Shown: positions 26,626 through 37,633, counted from the whole stretch's first letter. The stretch is DNA of 52,342 nucleotides, filler included, from Basidiobolus ranarum (GCA_040143965.1; 2 parts of 2 records of this genome joined end to end with filler, not necessarily neighbours in it); one strand, 5' to 3'. Program-made: numbers and translations. The notes: a model not told the origin generated them from the letters alone.

Positions 26626-26826
26626 TTAGTGGTTAATTTCCTGACGCACTTCTTCAATGTGATGTTGAATCTCTGCGGCTTCTTCAGCTTTACCTGCAGA
26701 CTGGGCTTTAGCGGCGTCCTTCTTCAAGATTTCGATTTTCTCTTCTTGCTCGATTGAGAGGTCAACTTCTTGCTTATGGCTGAGCTGTTGTTCTTCATCA
26801 TTGTTTTGGTTCTTTCCTTTGCCCAT
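26626..26826 (-). CDS. Small hydrophilic, probably helical protein (66 aa), unknown function
   Basis: Good start context (ACAACCATGG), TATA-like ATATAAAG about 90 bp upstream and E/K/Q/A-rich coding-like composition. Confidence 0.6.
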   Translation of the reverse strand: MGKGKNQNNDEEQQLSHKQEVDLSIEQEEKIEILKKDAAKAQSAGKAEEAAEIQHHIEEVRQEINH

Positions 26827-27244
26827 GGTTGTGGATGTGGTAGTGTTGAGAGGTAGAGTAGAGTGGATAATACAGTTGTGTGATGATAGTTTTCAGAAAA
26901 TCTTCACCTCTTTATATTCCCGCACACAGTAACCAGAGATTGATGACTGTTTCATAATACGTGACTGTAGACATTACGATGTCCTGGTTTATTGGCTCAT
27001 CCCTGCATATAGTTAATGCGATCACAATAATGGTAAGTGATATGTGATGAATATCGTAAAAATACTAAGAGACAAGTGATAAATAGCAGTTACAAATGGT
27101 GGGATTTTCGGGTGGATTTTCGGGTGGATTTACTCATCAAGTGTAGTCGTCACTCATTTCCTATCACCATCTCAATATGATGTCAACACTAGTCTTGACT
27201 CAGCGGCTCCTTTCTTATCTTGCTACAGTACTACGCGATGCATA

Positions 27245-27360
27245 CATTAACCGATGCTGCATTAACCTTTTATGTTAAAGTGGATAAGATGAATGCAGCA
27301 TATGTTAAGGTCGGTGCAGTAGTAGCCTCTTATGTTAAGGTCAATGCAGCTATGTCAAGG
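27245..27360. promoter_or_regulatory. Cluster of TATGT(T/C)AA(A/G)G motifs with an inverted copy upstream of the secreted-protein gene
   Basis: Motif at 27271, 27301, 27331 and 27351. GCTGCATTAACCTT (~27256) is a near-perfect inverse of AAGGTCAATGCAGC (27337-27350). Confidence 0.4.
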
Positions 27361-27481
27361 AAAATCTACGTACAGCACAGAGAAGTTTAATCTCCACGAT
27401 GGGAAGAGTATAAGTACTGGGCTCTTACTACTGAGTCATCCAACTCAGTATCACCTAACCAACAATATCAATCGAAATACC

Positions 27482-28438
27482 ATGATTTTGAAATCCACTG
27501 TTGCATTCACTGGAGCCTTAGTTCTTTTATTGAGCATAGATGCTGCTCCTCATATAGTTCAACCATTGGTCAATCTTGGCGTGAACATCAAACCCAAGTC
27601 CAAGCCTTTGGAAGATACCCCGCTTCTAGATTTAATCAAACCTCTCGAAGATGCACCCCTCTTGGATTTAGGTGGTGATGGGGTGTTGGATGTCCTGAAA
27701 TTATCCCCTCAACCACTACCCATAGGCCTAACCAATAGCCCATACTCGATCGATCTCCCCGATGGGTTAAAATTTAACTCAGTAAGCGATATTGTCTACG
27801 AAGGATACGCAAGTTTGATGCGTGACTATAGTAACACTTGTCAGGAAGCGATTCGCCGGATCGATCGGGAATTTCCAAACGTTAAGAATTGTTCTGATGA
27901 AAATGGTCTCTACTTCAGTCAGCTAGATAAGATCTGTTCCGACGACTGCTTGGAAGCCACCGTTACAGCCTCGAAAATCATCGTGGAAGCATGTAATCAA
28001 GAAGATGCCAATGGAATTATCACCGATCGTAGTTACGCTTCTTGGTCAGATTCAGATACAGCCAATGCTGCTTGTCAACCAGTGGACTACTTTGAAAGCA
28101 AACATTGCTTGGAAGTGGTGTTAGAAGCAAATGTCAACCGAGTCAATCTGAAGTACAAAAAGAATGTCAAACTCCGAGAATACCAAGAGGTTCTATGTCT
28201 TCCTTGTACTGAAGATTATTACCTCTCCACTAGAAACGCTGAAAATGTGCCTAGTTTGTATTTCAGCGCCTTGGATGAACCACAAGAGTTATTTGAGGCA
28301 TTTGAAAAGTACTGCGGATACCAAATGAAAGATTCACCAAAGGCCGATGCAGCATATCGCAATCGTACTGAAATCTCTGTCGAATTAAACGACAAAGCCA
28401 CCAGTGCATCGGAGAAATCCGAAACACACAACGCCTGA
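27482..28438 (+). CDS. Secreted cysteine-rich protein, unknown function, intronless
   Basis: Signal peptide MILKSTVAFTGALVLLLSIDA|AP, internal duplication KPLEDTPLLDL/KPLEDAPLLDL and 10 Cys in the mature part. Confidence 0.8.
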   Translation: MILKSTVAFTGALVLLLSIDAAPHIVQPLVNLGVNIKPKSKPLEDTPLLDLIKPLEDAPLLDLGGDGVLDVLKLSPQPLPIGLTNSPYSIDLPDGLKFNSVSDIVYEGYASLMRDYSNTCQEAIRRIDREFPNVKNCSDENGLYFSQLDKICSDDCLEATVTASKIIVEACNQEDANGIITDRSYASWSDSDTANAACQPVDYFESKHCLEVVLEANVNRVNLKYKKNVKLREYQEVLCLPCTEDYYLSTRNAENVPSLYFSALDEPQELFEAFEKYCGYQMKDSPKADAAYRNRTEISVELNDKATSASEKSETHNA

Positions 28439-29109
28439 AACCGAACCAGCTTAATATTATCGAGATGCTTTAATTTAATATTATTATTTTTCCCCTTCTT
28501 TATGAATGCGATTATTTTATCCCAAATTTTCTCCTTTCTCTTCATAAATCATTGAAAATAAATCTCTCTTTGTGAAATTGGCATGATTTCGCCATTAACC
28601 TATAAACCGTTTGTCACAAAGCCTTTGATAGGCTCTAAAATCGATCGACACGCAACGAACTAAAATTACAATAAGGAAATTCGGAAGGATTAATCCATGG
28701 CTTTAAAGGATAGTACTAGAATGAGTTAACCCATAGTAACTGAGATAACGCAAAAGCCATAAAATCTATGTCTCATTCTATAAATAACTCAACTAAACTC
28801 AAAAGACCATAACTGTGAGTCTGTATTTCGAGGAGAAAGAAGAGAAATCAGTATGTGCACATACCGAGTTTATTGGACATCACTTCGCCAGGAATGACGC
28901 CGGTTTCTCAACACTAAATGAGGAATTTGACCGCTTGTGAGTACATTTCTTACTAAAATGGAAGCCAAATTCTTTTAGAGCTCAAGAAGGATACTTGTGG
29001 GATGTCGGATGATGTAACTTTCTCCAATAAATGATTCAGCTCGACCATATATATATAACGTCGACCATGGACTAGGTACTTCATCATTCACTCTATCTTC
29101 TCCTTGACA

Positions 29110-29652
29110 ATGAAATACTTCCCACTTTACGCCGCTCTTCTCACCGCCGCAGCTTTTATTGATGCAGCTCCAGTATCTAGCGTATGCTCCAATGGTAGCT
29201 TCAACACCTCTGGCATCCGTAATGGTGGCCCATATCAGTCTCCGGTCAATGGCGTCAAGATTACCAATGGATTAATTCGCATTGGCTATCGTGGCGCAAG
29301 TAACCTCTTCAGCTCTGATGCAACTATGAGCCCTAACAAGCCATTAATCATTGAATTCACGGCCCCAGTTAAAGAAATGAACATTTCTTACAATACCTGT
29401 GGTGTTCGTGGAAAAGGAGGAGTAATTGAGGTATTTGACGGTAGTAATCAACGCATTTCTCGAAAAGTGACTGATGGGAAATACTGCGGGCGTATAAACC
29501 TACCCTTATTCCATGATCCGTTTACCACCACCGTGAAGGGAAAGAATCTCCGTAAAATCGTTGTCTACTTCGATCTGAATGATACTCCTTGCAATACTGT
29601 TGGAAATTGTAATTATGGTATTGGCATTCGCGAGCTTTCTTGGAAATGTTAA
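29110..29652 (+). CDS. Small secreted beta-rich protein, unknown function, intronless
   Basis: Signal peptide MKYFPLYAALLTAAAFIDA|AP, 6 Cys and a TATA-like run at ~29048-29058. Confidence 0.8.
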   Translation: MKYFPLYAALLTAAAFIDAAPVSSVCSNGSFNTSGIRNGGPYQSPVNGVKITNGLIRIGYRGASNLFSSDATMSPNKPLIIEFTAPVKEMNISYNTCGVRGKGGVIEVFDGSNQRISRKVTDGKYCGRINLPLFHDPFTTTVKGKNLRKIVVYFDLNDTPCNTVGNCNYGIGIRELSWKC

Positions 29653-29923
29653 ATAAGGTAGTGGCTGAACTATTGAAAATTTTGTACAATTTCCTTCGAT
29701 TAAGTTGATCATAGTTAATCACTTCCATAGCCTTGACTCAATTGATTAAATAAATAAATCCCTATATATATATATAAAACCTCTTGTTAATCAAGAATTG
29801 TAATCTATATATAGCTAACCAATGATATTCAGTCAGTGCAATATTTATTTATTGTCTTGACTTGAATGGAAAGTATCAAAAGAATGTATCATAATTAGTG
29901 GCTGGAATAATCTGAACATCTTA

Positions 29924-30754
29924 CTAGACTGACTTATTAAGTTTAGCAAGAACAAGATCGGCAGCTTTGCGACCAGATACCATCATGGCTCCGAATGTAG
30001 GTCCCATACGAGCAGTCCCACTAGCTTCGGCAACTTCCATACCAGTGATGATCATACCTGGAACGATCTCACGAGTAAGAGCGACAATAGCGTCTTCCGA
30101 AGCATTCATGTCCAAAGCACGCATACCAGGCATCTTGTCAAGAAGTCCAACTTCGACGAGTCTGCGAACCCCAGTCGCCCCAAATGGACCATCATGACCG
30201 CATGAGGATACTACAATCTTGGACTCCATGACCTGAGGGTCCATGCAACTTTGAGTACCATGAGCTTTGGTAACTAATGCCCAGTTGGTGACAACACCTG
30301 AGACGACACCATCACGAATGATGAAGTCTTCGACGGAAGTAGCATTGAAGAGTTTGACTCCGTTGGCAATAACTTTGGAGATCAAAGTAGACGTGAAAAG
30401 AGCAGCATGGGAGACAACGACATAGTTCTCCTTTTCGTCATAGGCAATACCAAGCTCATCTAGGAACTCGTGGGCCGGCTTGCGAACTACCATTGGGGAG
30501 AAGAGTTGTCCACCAACCCAGCCACCACCTCCTGGGGCTACGGAGGCCTCAATGATGGCAACTTTGATATTTTTATGCTTGCTAAGTTCGTAAGCGCATG
30601 ATAAGCCTGATGGACCAGCACCAACAATGACAACATCAGCGTCAGCATGGTCAATCAAATCCTGCATATAGCGGGTAGTCATCTCGCGAGAGACATCTGA
30701 CTCCTTTACAGGAGCGAACTTGAAATCACCTTGGACAAGAACGTTATGAACCAT
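29924..30754 (-). CDS. THI4: Thiamine thiazole synthase (Cys-donor type), intronless
   Basis: [37 protein letters not shown] (sulfur-donor Cys), GHDGPFGA and RMGPTFGAM. Confidence 0.97.
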   Translation of the reverse strand: MVHNVLVQGDFKFAPVKESDVSREMTTRYMQDLIDHADADVVIVGAGPSGLSCAYELSKHKNIKVAIIEASVAPGGGGWVGGQLFSPMVVRKPAHEFLDELGIAYDEKENYVVVSHAALFTSTLISKVIANGVKLFNATSVEDFIIRDGVVSGVVTNWALVTKAHGTQSCMDPQVMESKIVVSSCGHDGPFGATGVRRLVEVGLLDKMPGMRALDMNASEDAIVALTREIVPGMIITGMEVAEASGTARMGPTFGAMMVSGRKAADLVLAKLNKSV

Positions 30755-31264
30755 ATTTTCTTCACTTTCTCTATGTTGGAAATGATAATGGTAGTCTCAT
30801 AACTGCCCTCTTTTTATACTTTCTATCTTGAACCACATTATTTGATATCTTCTACTTAGATGTATATACCGGCTTAAGCTTGTTTACCTATGAGTCAATC
30901 ACCAATATGAGATCTTTGAATGAACTGATAATCAGCAACGTAACCTATTCTCTTGCTGGTCAACTCCCCATTGTAGGAAAGTTAGGGATGTGACTAGGAT
31001 ATACAGCATCTGACTCATATGTAACTTGCTGCTATAGACAAATCACTTCATTTTTTAGACAGAATTAAAGTACACGAATGTAGGCATCTCTTAGCATAAA
31101 AAATAGGAACATTCGTTGGGTCAGGGTTCAGGATAAAATTCTATTGAACTCTAATACTTGATTTATTATCTCATACGTTATGAGGTAGCTATTGAATTTT
31201 TCACGGTATTCAATACTTTATGTGCATATAAAGTGTTGAGATTTTGAAATTTGGATTGAATAAG

Positions 31265-31463
31265 AAAAGAAATGTATCGCGCGATAGTCAGATTTCCTTC
31301 AATAGGACGGTTAAGTCCTCAATTCAGGAGTCCCGGCTTATCCGCACGACGATATATAGGCTATTAATCAGGACAACGCAGAGAGGGGGTTACATGGTGG
31401 AGAACTCTGACATGTAACCGAGTTATTACCACATACGAGTAATAACGAGTCTACTAACGCTGC
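31265..31463 (-). ncRNA. Candidate structured ncRNA (~190 nt), family unrecognised
   Basis: A terminal stem closes four internal hairpins; TATA at about -30, A-box-like TAGTAGACTCG at +8 and TTTCTTTT at the 3' end (details in findings). Confidence 0.55.
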
Positions 31464-31842
31464 TTGGTTAAATCCAATGAGAACTGTTCGGGTATATAAA
31501 GCAATTGCAGAAGTTATGTAAAGTTATGGGTTATCATTTATTACTTTTCTGGAAACATTATTTATTTTCCTCTGTGATTTTTTTCTTGAATTTCTAAAGA
31601 GAAATTCAGTGATTATTTCTCCAAAAAATCATCCTACTAGTGAGCAAATCCAATCTCCGATAATTAATTGAATTCTTATTTTCATACGAATACTATTCAC
31701 TGTTAAACAGTCCAAAATTTTCCATCAACAGAGTATTTTTTTTTTTCGCGATAATGATAGAACTGGTAGAACGAGTTTGAGGTAGTAGGGACTAACTAAA
31801 GGGATTCCTTGTCAACTGATTCAAATAGAAAATATTTTAACT

Positions 31843-33503
31843 ATGAAATTCTACACTGGCGATGAGACGGGTTTACTAAAAGGTTAGAAATATATTATCC
31901 TTTCTAAAAATTCATATGGTTTACTTTACTTACTTTCACACTTAAACTACGTAGTTGTCACTCCTGCTTTACCTAAATCCGAGAAAAAACTCAAGAAAGC
32001 TAAGATTGTTGACGAGGATGAAGACGAAGAAGAGAAACCAAAAACTGATCGTGAACCAAAAGCCTCTGTTATAACTTATGGAAAAGTAGATCGTAGCGAA
32101 GGGATTCAACAGTTAATTATGGCTAAAGTTGGTGAAGAGAATCTCAAAATGGTAAGGGGGTTATTTTCTTTACTACAAATAGAACTGTCTTATTCGGTAC
32201 ATACTTTTAAATCCATTTTTCACTAAACTTCTGGGTCTATATCAGATTGTTGCTGCCCGTAAAAGTGGAAAAATTCAATATATTCTTCCTTCAGACGGTA
32301 GTGTTCGTAAGGAATTTGTCGAAGAGTTCCCTAGCCTTACAAAGAAAGATCCTGAGTGTACTTTTGTCGGCTTACACTCTACAGCTGAGTACGTTCTTTT
32401 TATGTATCTAACAGTTAAAGTATCATCTCTTAAACTATTACTTCTGTAGTACGGTTATCACTTGTACTAGCTATGGTAGTATTAGATACCGCTCAATTTT
32501 GAAGGAAACTGTAAGTCAGCATTGACTCTAAATACCAGGCATACACACGCTGATAAATGATTTTATTTAGGACCCTGTTGTCGCTACCCTCGATGCTGGT
32601 AAAGACATTTGCTGTATGAGAGTTCATCCCCAGCAGAGCAATATCTTAGCTACTGGTGGCAAAGAGCGCGACTTGACTATCTGGGATATCAATCAATCCA
32701 CCGGCGATTCCAAGGCCAAGGTCGAGCCAATCTTCAAAGCCAAAAATGTAAGTTATTTTTATCGGGTATGTAGAATATTCTCAAGGCAAATATCTAAATA
32801 GCTACGCGGTTTTCAGGTGAAGAATGACTTTTTAGATCTACGAGTCCCAGTTTGGATTACCGATATGCAATTCCTTAACGAAGATGTACACAAGGTTGTT
32901 GTTGGAACCAAGCATCACCAAATTCGTCTTTACGATACCAAGACTGCCCGTCGCCCGGTAGTTAATGTGGAAATCGGGGAGCATCCTATTGTCTCTCTCG
33001 CCCTCGCCCCTAATCAAACGTAGGTTATGCCTATTTAGATGTTGTTTGATTCTTTACTGACCTTTGCTTGTAGTGAAATCATCTGCTCTGATAGCATTGG
33101 CAACTTGTCATCGGTTGATATCCGTACTGGTAAGCCTAAGTACCTTGAGTTGTTTCAATTGATGATATGAGCTAACTCGTTCTATAAAGGCAAACTATTG
33201 CATACATACAAAGGAATTGTTGGTTCAGTCCAGCATATGGCTATTACCTCGACAGTTACTCCACAAGTGTGTGCAAGTGTGTCATTGGATCGATTCCTAC
33301 GTATCCATGAAACCTCTGGCAATCGCAAGCTTCTCCACAAGATTTACCTCAAACAAAAGCTCACTCGTGTGGTTATTGATGAGGAGGAAGATGTTGAGGT
33401 TGAGAGTTCAGAGGATGAGGACGAGCAACTATGGAAGAACATGCGCACAGTCAGCGAAGCAAAAAGCATCAAGAAGCGCAAGCAAAAGACCTCTTCTCAA
33501 TGA
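31843..33503 (+). CDS. NSA1: Ribosome biogenesis WD40 protein Nsa1/WDR74, multi-exon
   Basis: MKFYTGDETGLLK, LATGGKERDL, FKAKN|VKNDFLDLRVPVWITD, IRLYDTKTARRPV and SVSLDRFLRIH...KIYLKQKL. Confidence 0.93.
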
Positions 33504-34069
33504 TTCCAAAGCTGCCACTAGACAATTTCTGTTGATTTTCTTTTTTAGATAATTTATTAATTATTTGTTTCATTATTTATCCCCGCCCATTTAGTTCACA
33601 CCGGATCACTGAACTAAATAGTCATGTAGAAGTTATGTCTTACACATCTGTTAATCATAAATGTTCGACACACTTGTCCCTGGTTAATATTCTAAATACA
33701 TGTTTGCAAATCTCATTGCATTTTTTTCCTCTGACCTGCCCTAACTTGAATTTAATTATGACCGAGGCAATACCGGATTTTAATCAAATTTATCCAAATG
33801 TGCGGGTGCTCAGTATGTCTTGCTAATTCTTTTATTTGCTAACTCTTTCATGGAATCCGGAGTCACACGAATTCGACCTCTAGATTACACCGTGTATAGA
33901 ACAGTCTTTGCTTTCAATTGTTGAGCTGAATGTTAAATGTACTCACTGATTAGGACTTTGAATGAGTGGCAAGTATATCAGAGCTTTGTAAAGTGCTCGG
34001 TTGTTTCTTGTTTACTCTGAATTCAACCGCTTCTTACTATTAGATGAGCACTCACTGCATTTGTAAAGC

Positions 34070-34151
34070 ATATTTTATCTTTCTGTAGTTGAATAATACG
34101 CGGACTGTTATATATTTTATCTTGCCGTAGTTGAATAATACGAGCACTGTT
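34070..34151. repeat. Tandem duplication, 42-bp period, 2 copies
   Basis: ATATTTTATCTTTCTGTAGTTGAATAATACGCGGACTGTT / ATATTTTATCTTGCCGTAGTTGAATAATACGAGCACTGTT. Confidence 0.85.
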
Positions 34152-34622
34152 TGACAGACGTCTGAAATATAAATTTGGGCTTCTAAGGAAAGGAGTGAAA
34201 TTCAATCATGATTAATGAGTGCTCCCGCTAATGAAAAAAAAATGAACAAAACAAAGCAAACAAATATCCAATCAGTCTCATCGATTTCGAAAAGTAAACA
34301 ACACTTTTTAGTGTTGTGGTATTGACGGATTAATGAATATATTAAAATATGTGGGAAAATTGGCTGGAAAACAAACACACAGTGGTGAGCTATGAAAATC
34401 ATGGTGGAATTACCAATCAAGCTTCACTCGTACCTACATAAGCTTTCCTCGTATTGCATTCCTTGAACCTCTCAAGACTAATTCTTCTTTTTTATAGCTT
34501 CCCTTCATTTTCTCTCGTTAGACTCCAGTTGTGTCTCATATTCATTGGCATTTCGTATCTCCTTTCTCTTATAGCATATCGTAAATCCCATCTGTATCAC
34601 ATATTTGTAATTTCAAGAAAAC

Positions 34623-35802
34623 ATGTCCAGCGAGATCTATCAAAGATTTGAGAAAGTCGGTGAGGGTACCTATGGTGTCGTTTACAAAGCCAAGGATCGT
34701 AGAACTGGTGAAATTGTGGCCATGAAGAAAGTCCGCCTAGAGTCTGAAGACGAAGGTGTCCCAACCACTGCAATCAGAGAGATTTCTGTTCTTAAAGAGC
34801 TCAAGCATGGCAACGTTGTCAGGTCGATATTCTTTTGTGTGTTTGTCTGGGGGCTTGTGACTTTCAGAGCAGTCATTTACCTATTCCAGTTTTACTAACG
34901 CTATTATTATAGACTTTTGGATATTGAGCACAATGATACCAAATTATATCTCGTCTTCGAATTCTTGGATCTTGATTTAAAGAAGTATATGGACTTCGTT
35001 GGTGCCGAGGGAATGACTCCTAAGCTTGTGAAGGTAAGAACAATTGGATATTCTGCTGCTGAATGGAGATCATGGAACACTCGCTTACCTAATATAATTA
35101 ATGTCCTGTAGAGTTTTCTTTATCAACTAATCAAAGGAATGGCTTTCTGTCACGCCCGTCGTATTCTTCACAGAGATCTCAAGCCACAGAATCTTCTTAT
35201 CGACAAAGAAGGTGTATTGAAGATTGCTGATTTTGGATTAGCCAGAGCCTTCGGAATTCCTATGAGAAACTATACACACGAGATCGTGACTTTGTGGTAT
35301 CGTGCTCCAGAGGTCCTTCTGGGGTCCAAACACTACGCCACTGGTGTCGATATGTGGAGTGTGGGCTGCATATTTGCCGAGATGTCGAACAAGCGTCCTC
35401 TGTTTCCAGGTAAGTTTTACCTGATTCTTGTCAACTCAGCCTCGATATCAGAGACTGACGACTATTTCTTTAGGGGATTCTGAAATCGATGAGCTCTTCA
35501 AAATCTTCCGCTTGCTAGGCACACCTACTGAAGAGGAGTGGCCTGGTGTCACTAGCCTTCCTGACTATAAACAATCCTTCCCTAAATGGAAAGGTCAATC
35601 ACTGGCCAAGGCCGTGCCTAATTTAGATCCCTTAGGGCTTGATCTTCTTCAGGTATACATAATTGGTAGATGCTCATGTGTGGTAACCACTACTAACATT
35701 CTTGAATTGTACCATTAATAGAAAATGTTTATTTACGACCCTGCTCTCCGTATCTCCGCTAAGAAGGCACTTGCCCACCCCTACTTCCAAGATATGGAAT
35801 AG
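34623..35802 (+). CDS. CDC28: Cyclin-dependent kinase, Cdc28/Cdc2 (CDK1) family, 5 exons
   Basis: [73 protein letters not shown] and ALAHPYF. Confidence 0.93.
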
Positions 35803-36814
35803 TAAATAGTTCAACCACCCGAGCGATGGCCACTTTCATCAGTAGCTTCGTTCGTCCTTCTACACATACTTTTGTTTTTTGTGTTAATTGTTTTTTCATT
35901 CTCTTTCTCGTAACTGTGGTATTATTCTTTCGTTATTTCAACAATTTGTTGACCGTTCTACACAGAATACGGGTGGTGTCAGCCTTCATACTTGGTGGTC
36001 TATAAATCTTTCACGAAAACGAACTTTTCCCTATTATTTCCTTCTGGAACCAATGTTCCCTTCCTGTATTCAGTGTAAATTTGAGTAGGGGATGTGTCAA
36101 CCCCTTTTATGAACGATCGATATCGTTGAGTGAATTTAGAATTTCTACTGAAATAAATCTAAAAACACAGGGAGGGAAGGGGGCTCTTTCTTACGAAGGC
36201 ACTCTCCAACTGTGGTTTGTAAGTTAGCTATATATCCATCTACGTACATTTCCTAAAATGACTATGGAGTACTCCACACACTCATCACTGAGCAACTTTC
36301 CTCGATTGGAACTCAGGATAGGGGTTAATACACCTGTTAATATACTTGGTTTCAAGCTCCATCCAGCAGGTTGAAAAAAGCGGTTGGGATGGGGACATTA
36401 GAGGTAAGGACCGCAAGTATAATGTATGAAATGTAATAAGCAATATATAAAATGTACCGTGAACCCTAACCCGGAATCTCCCACATTTCACCATCTTCCC
36501 GATATGGAACTTACATAATTCGATGATCATACTCCAATTTATCCGCAAGTGGATCAGGCACTATTGTAAGATGGATTCAATGTTCCAGCACGAAGCAATG
36601 GTTATCTGTTGCCTTGCAGAGGTTTATTAGCATCTTGATGGATACCGGTTGTAGATTGGGGGTGGAATAAGCTGACCACAGAGCGCTCAAGATAGAGGAT
36701 CTGTGCACATAGTTCATACGTAAGCATGGTCATGGCTTTGATTGGCCACTAGCACCAGCCGATGCTTAATTTTCAATACGTATCCTGCAATCCTGATTTT
36801 ACTGACTTGACTCG

Positions 36815-36903
36815 GAATTCTACATTTATCTAGATTTTACCCAGATGTGGTGAACTCTACATTTATCCAGATTTTTCCCTGATGTAGTGAATTATACATT
36901 TAT
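36815..36903. repeat. Tandem repeat, 37-bp period, ~2.4 copies
   Basis: GAATTCTACATTTATCTAGATTTTACCCAGATGTGGT / GAACTCTACATTTATCCAGATTTTTCCCTGATGTAGT / GAATTATACATTTAT. Confidence 0.85.
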
Positions 36904-37633
36904 TAAAACTGCTGGTCTGTGTTTCCCACTCAGTTCAGCCAAGTCTCGAGCCCCTAGACTCATACTTTAGTGCAGCAGAATCCCCTTTATTTACTTCCCT
37001 AATCTGACTAAGTGGGAGTAACACGCGAAGTTGAAGAAACAACTGTCTATGAGGTGCAAGATGCTCTGTGCTCTGTGTGCTGCGTTTAAACCACCAGTTG
37101 GTGGCAGAGTGTGCTTGATGTCCTGACTGTTAGCTACTCAGCTGAACTCATCAACATCGTGAACTTAGTTAGACTGGATCTAAGGTTTCTATTGAGTGGA
37201 GTTGATTGGATACCAATGAGTCTTCATTAGTGTCATGGTCCACCTGGAAAGCAGCTGGGAATGCACAGGCCGCGGATGCATAATTTTAGTCAACTTTGTT
37301 TTAACTTGACTGATTCATTCAATTTCAAAACCAATGCTAATATCACCCTAATACTAATCTCAACCGTCCCCTCTTCTTAACAATACCACTATCGATCGAT
37401 CGAAAAATGAGAGATCGGACCATCATCCATTCCACGATGGTGATGAGGTTGGGAGAGCCTAAGATAGGTTTATAAGCATCCGATCGGGAATCATTAGATG
37501 TTATAAGCATCGCACAATCACAACTCTTGCAAATATCTCTCTTGTAATCGAGAAAGACCCAAGTTGGTCTATTTACCTTTGGCAACTCAACATACCGGAA
37601 ATTACCCCGCCAACAACATCACCTCCCCCAACC

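Noticed and set aside
27136-27147. ATCAAGTGTAGT matching the U2 snRNA branch-pairing region
   Set aside because: The flanks do not resemble U2 and there is no Sm site.
31295-31329. SECIS element (UGA/GA quartet hairpin with apical AA)
   Set aside because: The upper helix is too short, it is not in the 3' UTR of any gene, and no in-frame UGA selenoprotein candidate lies upstream on that strand.
31778-31789. TGAGGTAGTAGG, identical to the first 12 nt of let-7
   Set aside because: The match stops at 12 nt with no precursor hairpin, and let-7 is animal-specific; a chance match.
31754-31819. C/D snoRNA upstream of NSA1 with an apparent 18S-complementary GGGATTCCTTGT
   Set aside because: Box C is imperfect (ATGATAG), the pairing needs two G-U pairs and breaks next to box D.
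34070-36903. CRISPR-like arrays from the 42-bp and 37-bp repeats
   Set aside because: Only 2-2.4 head-to-tail copies without unique spacers, no cas genes, and a eukaryotic context.
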